This document shows, piece after piece, positions 11,994-23,575 of a stretch of 64,000 bases of DNA (the stretch's first letter is position 1; each line of letters starts with the position of its first letter). The position numbers and the translations under genes are program-made. Source of the DNA: Minutocellus sp. GHC0000111 (Eukaryota); contig OZ361260.1 of NCBI GenBank assembly GCA_977018835.1, forward strand, positions 558,001-622,000, given 5' to 3'. Under the pieces are notes generated by a model that saw nothing but the letters and a program-made list of their open reading frames with translations, had not been told where the DNA came from and did not search any database.

Positions 11994-13964
11994 ATGAGCA
12001 ATACCATGAGCAAGGGGGGGGACGAGGAGGCGGCCCTCGCCGGAGATATCGAGACGAGCGTTAGCTTCCACCAGCGCAGCGTGGCCAATGGCGATTCCAA
12101 TATTGCGAGCAACGACGCAGCAGACGACACGTTTGTCAATGACGAGAAGAAGAGCAAGGAGGCCCCTTCGTCCTCTAAGCCCAACGGCGGCGGCGGCGAT
12201 GACGACGATGACGAGCGACTGTTCCAGTTCATGACGGGAATCAAGGAGGACCTCAACGCCCGCGCTCCGCTGTACAAGGACGACTGGGGCAAACCCAGAT
12301 CGGTGTTTACCGTCATTAATGCCACCGTCTTTGCATTCATCATTCAGCTCATCCCGGCGCTGATTTTTGCCGAGCTCATGGCCCGAGAGACCCAGAACAA
12401 CCTCGCCGTGGCTGAGGTGGTCCTCTCCAGTGCCGTTATTGGTATCATCTACGCCATCTTTGCCGGTCAGCCCCTGGTGATTATGGGCATTACTGGTCCC
12501 GTCGCCATTCTTCTCGGTACGTCCTACCGACTCACCCAAACCTTCGAGGCGGAGTACTTCCCCTTCTTCTTTTGGGTGTGCATCTGGGCAGGTGCGATGC
12601 ACATTGTGTCTAGTATGATCGGACTGGTCAACCTGGTTTGGAAGGTCACGCCATTCACGTCGCAAATCTTTGAGTTCTTCATTGGCATCTCCTTCATTTA
12701 CCTGAGTGGTCGCGATCTGATTGAGCCACTTTATCTTGGCCAAAGCGACGTCGATCCGGCTGAACGGGCGGGACAGTATGCCACCCTGCTGCTGGGCATC
12801 TTGACGTGCTACATTTCCTACACCCTGCACTTTGCCGAGACCTGGACGCTCTTTACTCGACAGGTTCGCACCGTCTTGACGGCTTACAACACCTTGTTCG
12901 CGGTTGTCATCGTTACTGGCCTCAGTTATCTGCCAGGTGTGGATATGGGCACCCTGGATCGTGTGGATGTGTTGGCGCCCTGGGATTGGCAACCCACCGC
13001 CGACAGGCCCTGGGTAACAAATCCTCTCCAGGGGATGTCAGCGTCGGCAATCTTTGGTGCCATCATTCCCGGTCTCATGTTCTTCCTGCTGTTCATCATC
13101 GATCACAACGTATCGAGCATTTTGAGTCAAGTGCCCAAATACAACTTGAAGAAGCCCGCAGCGTATCATTGGGATTTCTTCGTGCTTGGTATCACCTTCA
13201 TTCCCTGTGCCATCCTTGGCCTGCCGCCGGGCAATGGTCTCATCCCACAGGCTCCGCTTCATGTCCGAGCTTTGTGCACTCGCAAGATTGAAACGGACAA
13301 ATACGGAGTGAAGCGGGAGGTGGTTACGTACGTCGAAGAGCAGCGGTGGTCCGGTCTCGGCCAGGCCCTTTTGATGTTTGTTGCTCTCGCGGCCTTCCGT
13401 GTCATTAGCTGGATCCCACGTGGCGCTCTCTTCGGTCTGCTCTTGTATCTTGGCATTGGCGCTTTGCACGGGAATGAAATTTGGGAGCGCACAATCTTTT
13501 GCCTCATGATTGCCAAGAAGCGCCCTCCCATTCCGGTCGTTACCGATGTGAAGTGGCGAACGGTTCAGTTCTTCACCCTGATTCAGCTGGTTTGTGCCTT
13601 TTCGGTCTTCATTGTGGCCAACTTTACATCTGTGGGGTACCTTTACCCGCTCCTTCTCGTGATTTTGGTTCCCATCCGTTCGTACATTCTGTCCCGCATC
13701 TTTTCGGAAGCAGATCTGAAGCGACTTGACCCGCATGGCAAGGAAGAGGAGAACGAAGATAACTACCACGAGGAGCAGCGCATCATTCATCAGCATCAGA
13801 GGAATGAATCGATCGATTCAGAAACAATGGAGTTCCCTCACTTTGGCGAGTTCCGAGGACAAGGTCATTCAGAACTGCATCATCGGACAACGTCGGCCCT
13901 CACTGAAGACAAGGATGGTGGCGGCGACGGTGACAATAATGATGCCAGCGCCAAGAATGTTTAG
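11994..13964 (+). CDS. SLC4/BOR-family anion transporter (bicarbonate or borate)
   Basis: GIKEDLNARAPLYKDDW, FAGQPLVIMGITGP, LKKPAAYHWD, NGLIPQAPLH and VEEQRWSGL motifs; multiple TM segments. Confidence 0.9.
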   Translation: MSNTMSKGGDEEAALAGDIETSVSFHQRSVANGDSNIASNDAADDTFVNDEKKSKEAPSSSKPNGGGGDDDDDERLFQFMTGIKEDLNARAPLYKDDWGKPRSVFTVINATVFAFIIQLIPALIFAELMARETQNNLAVAEVVLSSAVIGIIYAIFAGQPLVIMGITGPVAILLGTSYRLTQTFEAEYFPFFFWVCIWAGAMHIVSSMIGLVNLVWKVTPFTSQIFEFFIGISFIYLSGRDLIEPLYLGQSDVDPAERAGQYATLLLGILTCYISYTLHFAETWTLFTRQVRTVLTAYNTLFAVVIVTGLSYLPGVDMGTLDRVDVLAPWDWQPTADRPWVTNPLQGMSASAIFGAIIPGLMFFLLFIIDHNVSSILSQVPKYNLKKPAAYHWDFFVLGITFIPCAILGLPPGNGLIPQAPLHVRALCTRKIETDKYGVKREVVTYVEEQRWSGLGQALLMFVALAAFRVISWIPRGALFGLLLYLGIGALHGNEIWERTIFCLMIAKKRPPIPVVTDVKWRTVQFFTLIQLVCAFSVFIVANFTSVGYLYPLLLVILVPIRSYILSRIFSEADLKRLDPHGKEEENEDNYHEEQRIIHQHQRNESIDSETMEFPHFGEFRGQGHSELHHRTTSALTEDKDGGGDGDNNDASAKNV

Positions 13965-14165
13965 ATAGATCAGATATTGATTGCACATAACAAATTTATC
14001 TGAGTTCAAGACTAATGTTCACCACATCCTGGCCTTTTCTAAAGTCTAATCGCCTCTGCCTCTCTTCTGCGTGTTTCTGGGGGCCTCCTGGGAAGCCTCA
14101 GACTCCTATGTCGAATTTCAGAGTGTTGTTTGAGGCCCAGCGCCGCCGCGAGCGGTCATCACATC

Positions 14166-15786
14166 ATGTGTGGCTGTCATGTGTCGTCGGTCCGCGTATC
14201 TTACCACGCACTTGTAACCATGTTGATTCTGGTGTGCATCCTTCTCATTTTCAACCTCATACAATATGGTGCTGGCATCGAATTGGGCTCCTTTTTGGCT
14301 GACAACATGGTGCTGGCTCGGAAACCTCTCAACGCTCGACTCTGGGGATGGGGCGAGGCGGGTGACACCATTTCCATTGCAATAGATGGAGACGAGATTG
14401 GCGAGGCGTCAACCACAGTCCAAGATGATGGCTCATGGGTCATAAATTTGCCGCCCCGAGAGGCATCCGCTGGTCCCCATACAATCACACTCACAAGTAG
14501 CACGTCTACCGTATCAATAATGAACGTAGCATTCGGAGACGTCTTTCTTTGTTCTGGCCAATCCAACATGGAATTTGCCGTGGCCGGGGCGTTCAATAGT
14601 GATGCCGAGATTGCCGATTCCGTCAATTATCCAAATTTGCGTTTAGCCAATGTGAACAAAACGGTGGCGGATTCTCCTCAAGATAGAGTTGGGTCAAAAA
14701 CAGAAAATTACGTATGGGCAGTCTCGGCCCCAGATGCCTTCGGCGCGGCTTGGCAATGGCCATCGGCAGCATGCTATTTCTTTGGCAGAGATATTTATAG
14801 ATTCCTGGGTGGAAAGGTTCCCATTGGACTTGTATCGGCGCCATGGGGTGGCCAGTCAGTTACCGCCTTCTCGTCTCCCGATGCTATGACAGACGAAACA
14901 TGTGGAGGGACAGTCGATTCCTCTCAAGGTTTTACCAACAAGTACACCACGGAGTTAGAGAACATCGCTATCAAAATGAAGAGCGCGGTAGAAGAAGCGA
15001 CCAAAATGTTCCGGCACAGAAGACGTCGACTCCCAGAGACGTCGCAGCTTTGGTTTGCAATGATCCATCCTTTAATATATATGCGCTTTTCTGCCGCTTT
15101 GTGGTATCAAGGAGAGGCCGATGCAGGCGTTCCATCGTTTTATGCTTGTCACTTTCCTGCAATGATATCAGATTGGCGTCGTAAGTTTGATCTCCGCCTT
15201 CCCTTTTATTTCGTTCAATTGGCAGCTCATACAACCGATTTCTCTCTCATCCGGGAGGCTCAGATGGCAGCACTCAAGCTTGCCGATGTTTCTTATGCGG
15301 TTGCAATAGATATTGGCGACCCTGCATCACCATGGGGTGCCATACATCCAAGAAGGAAGCAAGAGGTTGGGAGGAGGCTTGCATTGGCCGTTTGGGGAGG
15401 CCCGTTGTATGGAAGAGACGTTGTAACCAGTGGGCCAATTGTCCGAGGCGCCATTGTGAATGAGGAAACTTCATCAATCACTGTTACTTTCGTGCCGGGG
15501 ACTGAACACCATCTTCATGCCAATGGTACCGCTGTGTGTGATGAATGTTGTGATATTAGTCCCTTTTGAAATACGAGGTTCGACGACAGGGAATTGGACA
15601 CGTGCTGATTTCACTGTGGTCGATAATCGTCGAGTTTTGCTCTCCATTCCAAAGGGAATGATTCCGACAGAGGTAAGGTATGATTGGGAGGGTTATCCTC
15701 AATGTGCCCTGTATAATGGTCTTGGCGGCCCCGATAATCACAAGGGCATCGCTGCGACACCATTTCATATTGACGTGGTTCGTTAG
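14166..15786 (+). CDS. sialate O-acetylesterase-like SGNH hydrolase (SASA domain)
   Basis: GDVFLCSGQSNM, WYQGEAD, IHPRRKQEVGRRLA and VRYDW motifs. Apparent +1 frameshift in the T-run at ~15563-15567. Confidence 0.88.
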
Positions 15787-16022
15787 AAATTTCTAGACCT
15801 TCAAGTGTACCGGCGGTAGCCTTTTTGCAAAGGACCTACAATCATGTAGATGTAGAATAATCTCTTGAATGGGACTCATACCAGTAGATCTATCGTACAT
15901 GTGACATTTATGGCTGCATCATGCTTGCCAACCGTTGGAGAAAAAGGCCAGGAGCCGGAGACACGAATCTCTCGACTCGCTCGATCGATTGGGCTGTGCG
16001 TCATTTTCGGCCATCCATTTCT

Positions 16023-17096
16023 ATGCAAGATACGACCCTAATCGCCGCGGCCATTATTGCCACTCCCGCTCTTGCATTCTCACCGTCTGCTCATAATGTA
16101 CGGCGACGAGATATCGCACTTTTAATGGCGGGTAAAGGAATGGGAGGAGGTGGAGGAGGAATGGGCATGGCCACCAAGTCCAAAGGCAAGAAGGGCAAAG
16201 GGAAAAGCAAGAAGGGATCTGGTGGTCCCAAGCAAGCCCCATTCGATGCAGCTGCATCTCTGCTGAGAATGGAAAGTGTTTATGATGAGATATGCAAAGA
16301 TGCCATAAAGCAAGAGGAATCAGAATACGAGAACTTTGATACAATCACCACTGAATATGTAGTTACCGCTCGATCAACATCAGCGAAAGCTCCCCCAGGC
16401 CTTTCCGACTGGATTCCCGTCTCACAAATTGTGCTTGTTCGACCCATATCCGAAGACGAACGCGGATCTGAACATGCCAAGGAAACCATTCGTGCAGCTG
16501 TATCTGAATATTGCAGAGAACCCTATTTTGCCGCCACTCTCAGTGCTCCTATTTTTCGCCGTTGCGCGGCCAATGATGTGGAATACGGCGTTGAACCTCT
16601 TGACTCGTTCCATCGATTTGTATACGACGACGTGATCGAAGGAAAGAGTTCGACCGGCACGAGCGGTGGAAAGGGCGAGGAAGCAATGAGTAAAGCCGAG
16701 GCAAGAAAAGTGCTTGACCTCGACGAAGGCGTGACAGATGCGAGAGATATCAAGTCGGCATATCGCAAGAAGACCTTCGCCCTCCACCCCGATCGATTTG
16801 TTGGAGTTGAACGTTCAGAAGAGGAAAAGATTCAAGCTGCAAAGGAGTTTGCCGATGTCAAAATAGCGTATGAAGTGCTATCATCGGGAGTGCGAGATAC
16901 GGCTTCAGGAGGAAAGTCATGGTACGAATCTCTTGGAGGTAAGCAACGGATGGAGTTCAATGGCCCTATCGACTTGCTTCCTATCAGCGCAGCCAAAAAG
17001 ACATTGGAGGGAATCGGCTGCCGCAGTGCCATTGTTGGTTTGGACCCCGACCTTGCAATCTCATTTGTTGCGAGGAATCAGGCAGCAGCGAAATAA
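16023..17096 (+). CDS. plastid-targeted DnaJ-domain protein
   Basis: ALA-FSP presequence; J-domain ARKVL...IKSAYRKKTFALHPDRF...AYEVLS with an HPD motif. Confidence 0.85.
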   Translation: MQDTTLIAAAIIATPALAFSPSAHNVRRRDIALLMAGKGMGGGGGGMGMATKSKGKKGKGKSKKGSGGPKQAPFDAAASLLRMESVYDEICKDAIKQEESEYENFDTITTEYVVTARSTSAKAPPGLSDWIPVSQIVLVRPISEDERGSEHAKETIRAAVSEYCREPYFAATLSAPIFRRCAANDVEYGVEPLDSFHRFVYDDVIEGKSSTGTSGGKGEEAMSKAEARKVLDLDEGVTDARDIKSAYRKKTFALHPDRFVGVERSEEEKIQAAKEFADVKIAYEVLSSGVRDTASGGKSWYESLGGKQRMEFNGPIDLLPISAAKKTLEGIGCRSAIVGLDPDLAISFVARNQAAAK

Positions 17097-17198
17097 GTAC
17101 TAGGCCTTCAATACATGTAGGAGGGTATCGCATAATTAGCTTTAATATACGTGAGAGGAAGTATGTACATAACGATTGTTTTGGGATTCCTTGCGAAT

Positions 17199-18215
17199 TC
17201 AGAGTTCGCTCTTATCTATCGCATATCCATGGGTATGGTCACCATGAGAATGTTGATGTTGATGATGATGATCACCTTCTTCCATGTCTTCCAGTATTGC
17301 GACAAGCTGCATGAAGCCAACGCCAGCACCGAACGCCACAACTTGGGCTGAACGGAGAACAACGCTCACGTCTCGCTCTTCCAATAGCTCTGGTAGAATG
17401 GAACATGCGGCCAAGTAAACGAAGCCACCTGATACGAATGGAAGTAGCACTTCATGGCCTAGTGTATCATCGAACGCAGATGCGAGCAGACCCACAATAG
17501 TCCCGACGAAAGCTGCTATGGCCGTTGAAAATTGTGCCGCGATAGCCTGCCTCTTGCTCATTCCATTTGCGACTAATATACTGAAATCTCCAAGCTCATG
17601 AGGCAGCTCGTGCATGAGTACCGATAAGGATGCCATGCCCCCTCTGGATTTCAACAGAGCTATCACTGATTCGTTATCATGATGACCCGCCGAAGCAGCA
17701 AACGACGCTCCGATGGCTAACCCATCGGTGAAATTATGTAAGGAATCAGCCGCCAAATTGAGAAGTATTGTTGAATTGAATATTCTGTTGGTTGCTGTCA
17801 GCTCGGTGTTTTTCTTTGCAGAAGCGTTGGAACTATGGTCATGACAGTGTCCATGATGATGATGAGCATCGCCACCAACTGACCGCACGAGTATGTCAAA
17901 AAGCAGAAAGACAGCGAAGCCAATCAGTACCATTAGCCCAATCGACGCCTGGGTATGTGGGTGATGATGATGATCAGCCATTTCATCGGCATATGCATGT
18001 GGTAGAGTATGAAGGAAAACATCTCCAAGCAACCCGCCTGCAGCAAGGGCCTGCCCTATCGATAGCACCGCGTTGTGGCGTTTGGCAGTACCATCACCGC
18101 TTCCAAAGTTTGGAGAAAGGAACAAAATGACATTGGGTGCGAGGGATATCAACAGTGTCGAAAGAAATGCGGCAATTATCGCCTCGTTCGATGGAAGAGC
18201 GCCGGCTCCGGCCAT
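17199..18215 (-). CDS. ZIP-family zinc transporter (ZIP7/KE4-like, LIV-1 subfamily)
   Basis: GGLLGDVFLHTLPHA, LNLAADSLHNFTDGLAIGASF and HELPHELGDF motifs; His-rich loops. Confidence 0.92.
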   Translation of the reverse strand: MAGAGALPSNEAIIAAFLSTLLISLAPNVILFLSPNFGSGDGTAKRHNAVLSIGQALAAGGLLGDVFLHTLPHAYADEMADHHHHPHTQASIGLMVLIGFAVFLLFDILVRSVGGDAHHHHGHCHDHSSNASAKKNTELTATNRIFNSTILLNLAADSLHNFTDGLAIGASFAASAGHHDNESVIALLKSRGGMASLSVLMHELPHELGDFSILVANGMSKRQAIAAQFSTAIAAFVGTIVGLLASAFDDTLGHEVLLPFVSGGFVYLAACSILPELLEERDVSVVLRSAQVVAFGAGVGFMQLVAILEDMEEGDHHHQHQHSHGDHTHGYAIDKSEL

Positions 18216-18408
18216 CTTGTCGGCTCCAAAATAAGCAGAATGAGATGAAGGATGAGCCGTGCCGTACCTAGGTACGTACGCAAACCAGGCTCTTTTTGGT
18301 CTGTCCTTCGCTCCACGCCTGCCTCGATGTCGATTGCACCGTGCGCTTCTTGCACATCAGCACAGCTACAGGCCACCTACTCAGCGCACGGACCATTAGG
18401 ACCACAAG

Positions 18409-19598
18409 ATGGCATCCGCTAAACTCCAAATAGCGTCGTCTTCCCATTCCACCGAGGAGTTGGCTTCGATCCTTGCAGATTTTGCCACCGTCAAGATCAA
18501 ATTGTCGAAGCAGTTGTTCGGTGGCTATTCTGGGTCGAGTTATGCTGTCGAGATCAACACGCCAGCCGGAGCCGACGGCAAAGCCACCCGATATGTTCTC
18601 AAAGTCAGCAATGGTTACACCTATGATGACGCGGAGTTCATGTGCCGGACGGCTAGGCATCTCAGTGCAGTTGGGTATCTCGAATGCTGCCTCCCGATGC
18701 CCAAGATGAAGCAGAAGAGAAACTCCAGTAACCCAGACGACCCCTATGTTTATGTATCAAAGCGAGAGAGCAATGGTATACCAGCATTCCTCCTCAATTA
18801 TGTAGAGGGCGAACAGGCCGACAAGGTGATGCGGGACAATCCCAAACTTGCGCCGACTGTGATGCGCGGCATCGGTGGGGGGTTGGGAAGGATGCATTCC
18901 GCTTCCTCTGGGATCGACAAGGCCAAGGCCAACAGCCTTGGTTTGCGATGGTATGAAACGGATGGTGGATGCTGCGATGTGGAAGATCAGATACAGGACA
19001 AAATTTTGGACAAAATCATGGCCGATCCAGATGCCAAAGAGCATGCGTTTGCGGCCTTTTACAGACGAGAGCTGGGTGACCTCAAAAAGGAGATGCAATT
19101 GGCCAAGGATGGGAAATTGGGCCTCGGCATCACACATGGTGACCCCTTTGCGGACAACATACTAAGCGATCCTGAAAGTGGCAAGCTGTCGGAATTTTTG
19201 ACATCGAAGATGTCTGTGTTGGCCCTTTACTTTTCGATCTAGCTTGCTGTGCGATTGGTTGTTGCTTCAAGGGAAACGACGACAACGACGATGAGTTCGG
19301 CGGCAAATACCCACAAGTTATTGACTTTACTCTCCTATCAGCCTTGTTGGAGGGATACTGCGCCGATCGCAAACTACCTGCGCTAGAGGTCGAACACTTT
19401 GTGGCATATATGCGTCTTACTCTGCTTTGCAATTGCTGCTGGAGGTTCGTGAAATTCAATATCGTCGAGAAACAAAACGACGTTCCGGAGCAAGCAAAAA
19501 AATCTTACCTGGAGCTACAGCAAAGAATTGTATACTTGCGCGAGAGTGTGATAGAATCAAAGGTTCAGGAGCTTTTAGGCAGTCTTCAAACAGAATGA
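18409..19598 (+). CDS. APH/choline-kinase-fold phosphotransferase, homoserine kinase type II-like
   Basis: GGYSGSSY loop, YVLKV, LGRMH, Brenner motif THGDPFADN. After a frameshift at ~19193 the frame continues as DIEDVC...FDLACCAIGCCF. Confidence 0.75.
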
Positions 19599-19629
19599 AA
19601 TTAGTTCTTATATATATTTTGGTACAAAG

Positions 19630-20685
19630 TCAATACTCAAACAACCGGAAAACACGAGAAGGACCTGGCTTAATGTCTCCGTTTGACTCGAATATCCCCC
19701 AGTGACTAGCGACGCTGCAGTACTCGTTGCCATTCTTCCACGGCTGTTCAAATGCATCGAACCACGACAGGACGATGCCCTCTGATCTGGTCCAATTCAT
19801 CACCTCGCGAAGAAAGCGCTCTTGGTTTTCTTTCGAGGGTTCGGCCATTCCGTTCCAGCACGTTCCTTCACTGGGCCATCCACTTTCGCTGATCCAAACA
19901 TCTTTGCCTTTGGCAATCCTTTTCATTTGATCGTGCTCGTACTGATGAACCAATAGAGCGTCGTCGATGTGAAAACCAGACCAATAGGGATGGAAATTAA
20001 TGTACAATAAATCAACTGCAGGAACAATGATCTTTTGATTCCACTCATCCGTCATGGACTCATACTTTACTGCCGTCGTGACTGCTACATTAGGGACCTC
20101 CATGCGAAATAATTCCATGTAAGCCACAATCTGCTCGGCGCTCAGTCCACCCCACGTCAATGCTTCGGATCCAATCGACGCCAGGTTCACCACCCCCTCC
20201 TTGGCGAGTGATATAATACAATCCATCTCCTTTTTGGCCTTTTCGGCGCGCGTATCGATCCACGCGCCGGCCACCGTGTACAGACCAATGCTGTGCGCAT
20301 ATCGGATGGATTCGGCACCATTGTAGCAGGCAAAGGTGCGCAAACCATTGGTGTAGTTGGCCACCATGTCGACGCGTCGGTGGACAACATGATCGGGCAG
20401 GACGGTATGTGGGTCGTCGTCGCCCAGATGCGGGGTAAAGTCGAGAATGTCGAGTCGATTCGGATTGTATTCGCGTTGACTTTGGCGTTGGGTGGGTGGA
20501 GAGGCAATGTCGCTATTAGAAGCTGCGGGCTGATCAGTGGGAGGGGAAAAGGGTGTTTTCATCTGTGGTGTCGGTCGACGACTGGGTGCGTTGATCACAA
20601 CTTTATTTGTAGGAGAATGGGACTGTCCATCGAGAGTCGAACGAAGGGAATAAATGGCCGAAATGGCCAGCTGAACGATCCTCAT
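19630..20685 (-). CDS. glycoside hydrolase family 17 (beta-1,3-glucanase/transglucosylase-like)
   Basis: LRTF, GAWI, SIGSEAL (acid/base E), INFHPYW, VWISESGWPSEG (nucleophile E), WFDAFEQPWK and HWGIF motifs. Start uncertain. Confidence 0.85.
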   Translation of the reverse strand: MRIVQLAISAIYSLRSTLDGQSHSPTNKVVINAPSRRPTPQMKTPFSPPTDQPAASNSDIASPPTQRQSQREYNPNRLDILDFTPHLGDDDPHTVLPDHVVHRRVDMVANYTNGLRTFACYNGAESIRYAHSIGLYTVAGAWIDTRAEKAKKEMDCIISLAKEGVVNLASIGSEALTWGGLSAEQIVAYMELFRMEVPNVAVTTAVKYESMTDEWNQKIIVPAVDLLYINFHPYWSGFHIDDALLVHQYEHDQMKRIAKGKDVWISESGWPSEGTCWNGMAEPSKENQERFLREVMNWTRSEGIVLSWFDAFEQPWKNGNEYCSVASHWGIFESNGDIKPGPSRVFRLFEY

Positions 20686-21151
20686 GTGCTATAATATGTG
20701 ATGTGATGTTTATTGTTGAGTGAGATTAGCATGTGATAATGCAAAGGTACCATGGTAGTATAAGTTGGCAGGCAGAAACCTGCACATCATGCATCGCCTA
20801 TCGCCGAGCGAGCACATTGATTTATTTGCAAATCGGCGATAAGACTTCTCCAAGGAGCTCATCATCGTGTCACAAGTCAAAGTGGGGTCGGTCTCTCCCT
20901 CTCTCTTTCTCTCTCTCTTTCTCTACTTTGACTTCCACGCCTTCAGATGCTTCCACTGTTGTGCTTCTGCCGTCTAAAAAATGTCACGGTCATTTTTGTT
21001 TTTGATCCCGCCACGACACGTGCCGAAAAACACACAAAATGACAACTGCCCCTCGCGACGCGACGTCGCGTCGCGTCGTGTCGCGTCGCGTCGTATCGTT
21101 GAACCACTTGCCATAAATCCACCACCACCATTGTGTAATTGCAACGGCACG

Positions 21152-22827
21152 ATGAAGCTCTCCGTCACCGCCCTCACGGGCGCGGTCGTGGGCACCGCTG
21201 CCCTCGTTACGTTCGCCGCCGTCCCCGTCGAGGCCGCCTCGTCCTGGTCCCTCTCTTCGCTCTGGAACTCCGCCTCCAACAACGGCGAGGCCGCCAGTAC
21301 GCAGAAGGGGTCATCTATGACCCCCAGCACCCGCCTGGGCCGTCGGGCCGAGATGGACATGGAGGACGGCTCCATGATGATGGATGGGGACGAGATCGAC
21401 TACTCCAGCCTGTCCGCCGAGGAAATCGCGATTCTGAACGGCGACGTCGATGACAACTCCGAGACCATGATGATGGAAGGTGGTGACATGATGGACGGCA
21501 GTATGTCCGACAGCATGGACGGTATGGATGACCCCAGCGCCTCCAACCCCGCCAACAAGTACGTGTACTACGACGAGCAGCCCGTGTACACCGGTCCGCA
21601 GGACGACGAGGACCAGGCGGATGGCCTGGTGGGACTGGAAACCAACGACGACCAAGGCGATGACCCCGTCGCCGCCGAGGAAGCCGAGAAGCAGGCCGCC
21701 CTCGTGGCCATGGACGAGCAGGAGGCGGCCGACCTCGAATTCGAGTCGGACGGCGAAGCCGATTGTGAGTTTGACCATATATATGTTTGCATGTGATGTA
21801 TGTATGGAGTGTATCTTTCGAGAGAGTCATTTTATACCTTCACACCTAATCACCGCCTTTCCTACTCCGCTCTTTTTTTCCTTGGGTCTTTAATCTATCT
21901 ACACATAACACACCAACAGTGCTTGAAGCCGAGGAAGAGGAGCAGGACCACCAGAACGACATCAACGCCGCCGACCCCTCCGCTGGTGCCATCAACCCGG
22001 ACGAAGTTGAGAAGACCGACCAGATCGCCAAGGAGGACGAGGAGTCCGAGGCACCCGCTCTCGAGGAGGGAGTCACCATCGAGGCCTTGGAATCCGGCGA
22101 AGTTTCCGAGGAGGTCCTCAACGTCCTTCTCGAGGATACCATCAAGGAGGAGGCCTTCCCAGAGCAGCTTCAGATGCTCGAAGAGGCTGCCTCCAAGGAT
22201 GAGATGCCGGCCGGTCCGGATGAGGAGGTCAAGACCAAGGAGGAGGTCGAGGCCGGAGTCCAGGCCGATGCCGACGACGAAGATGACGTTGCCGATGTCC
22301 CCGACGACGGTACGGTGCCCACCGCCGAAGAGCCCGTCCCTGAGGGCGACAATATCAAGGCTACCAAGAGCGTCGCCGACGAGGGTCTGGTTACTGACGG
22401 TAAGCCGGACGTCCTGGCTGATGCCGAGGAGGGCGGTACCGACCTTGAGGACCTCGTTGCCAACGCCAACGCCGCCACCGAAGAGGCCGAGGCCGAGGAG
22501 GCCCCCGAGGGAGAAGTCATCGACCACCTGCCCACCCCCGAGGCCGTCCAGGAGCTCATGGAAGAGCTTGGCACTCCCGTCGTCGACTTGTCCGTCACCG
22601 GGATGGAGTCCGAGTACGCCGAATCCTTCGGCCAGTGGGACGAGCAGGACGATCCCGACAACGAGCTCACCGACGAGGCCATGTACGAGCAGCAGCACAT
22701 GGACGAGATGGCAGATGGCACCGATCCCTCCATGTTCACCACTACTGAGGGTGATATCGACGACAGTGATACTGATGTTGCCCGCCGTCGCCGCCGTGCG
22801 GCCGAAACGACCTACACTCCGGTCTAA
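21152..22827 (+). CDS. secreted, extremely acidic (Asp/Glu-rich) low-complexity protein
   Basis: Signal peptide MKLSVTAL...VEA, in-frame intron 21765-21919, D/E-dominated body, strong GC3 codon bias. Confidence 0.8.
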
Positions 22828-23351
22828 ACATTGGATTGGAGTGAAGAACAACTGAGACAGAGACGTTTGAACTCGGGTTTTATTGTGTGTGTAGATCTAC
22901 TACATGTAGTAGATAGAAATCTACCGATAGCGTGTCAAAGCAGACGTTATACCGGCATCCTCTCCACACCTCAGGATCTCAGACTACTAATATTTAGAAG
23001 AATCCCGTTACCATCAAAATAAAGACTGAAACGATCTTACAGGGGACCGGTATTGCTTCTTGCTTGCCCGCCTTCGCTCTGCTCCAAATCGTCGCTTAGA
23101 TCTCCTGCAACCTTTCGGAATGAGATGGACCCACCATAGTACCACGTCAGGGATAGCTGGCCCACCGAAGAGCAAGCAACGAAATCCACTGGATGCCGCG
23201 CCAGCCGCGCCAACTGGCCCCAACGGGATCGGATGAGCCCCGACCTGCCACTGACGTTACCTCTCGTACTAACCCTGGTTCTTCTCCTCATCTCAGTTTT
23301 CGTTTGTTTCTATCGTTTTGAAGGATCTCAGTTCGAGATCGCTTTGAAGCT

Positions 23352-23430
23352 AAGCAGAAGCTACTCAGCGGCCTCGACTCTTGGCAACCTAGCAAGCAGA
23401 AGCTACTCAGCGCCTCGACTCTTGGCAACC
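23352..23430. repeat. tandem duplication of a ~38-bp unit
   Basis: AAGCAGAAGCTACTCAGCG(G)CCTCGACTCTTGGCAACC occurs twice, separated by TAGC and followed by an (AT)n run. Confidence 0.9.
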
Positions 23431-23575
23431 ATATATATATACAAATATATACTAAAGTAGATCGATCTATAGATGTAGATCAGACTTGTCTACGATTACT
23501 AACGGTGTTAGAACCTCCAAGTCGACAGAGCAAACACTACAGAAGTGAAGAAAGACAAGCAGAGACACACATGTA

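Noticed and set aside
21053..21094. (CGTCG)n-like microsatellite upstream of the acidic protein; (CT)n tracts at ~11731, 20893 and 56729
   Set aside because: Ordinary simple repeats with no further support for function.
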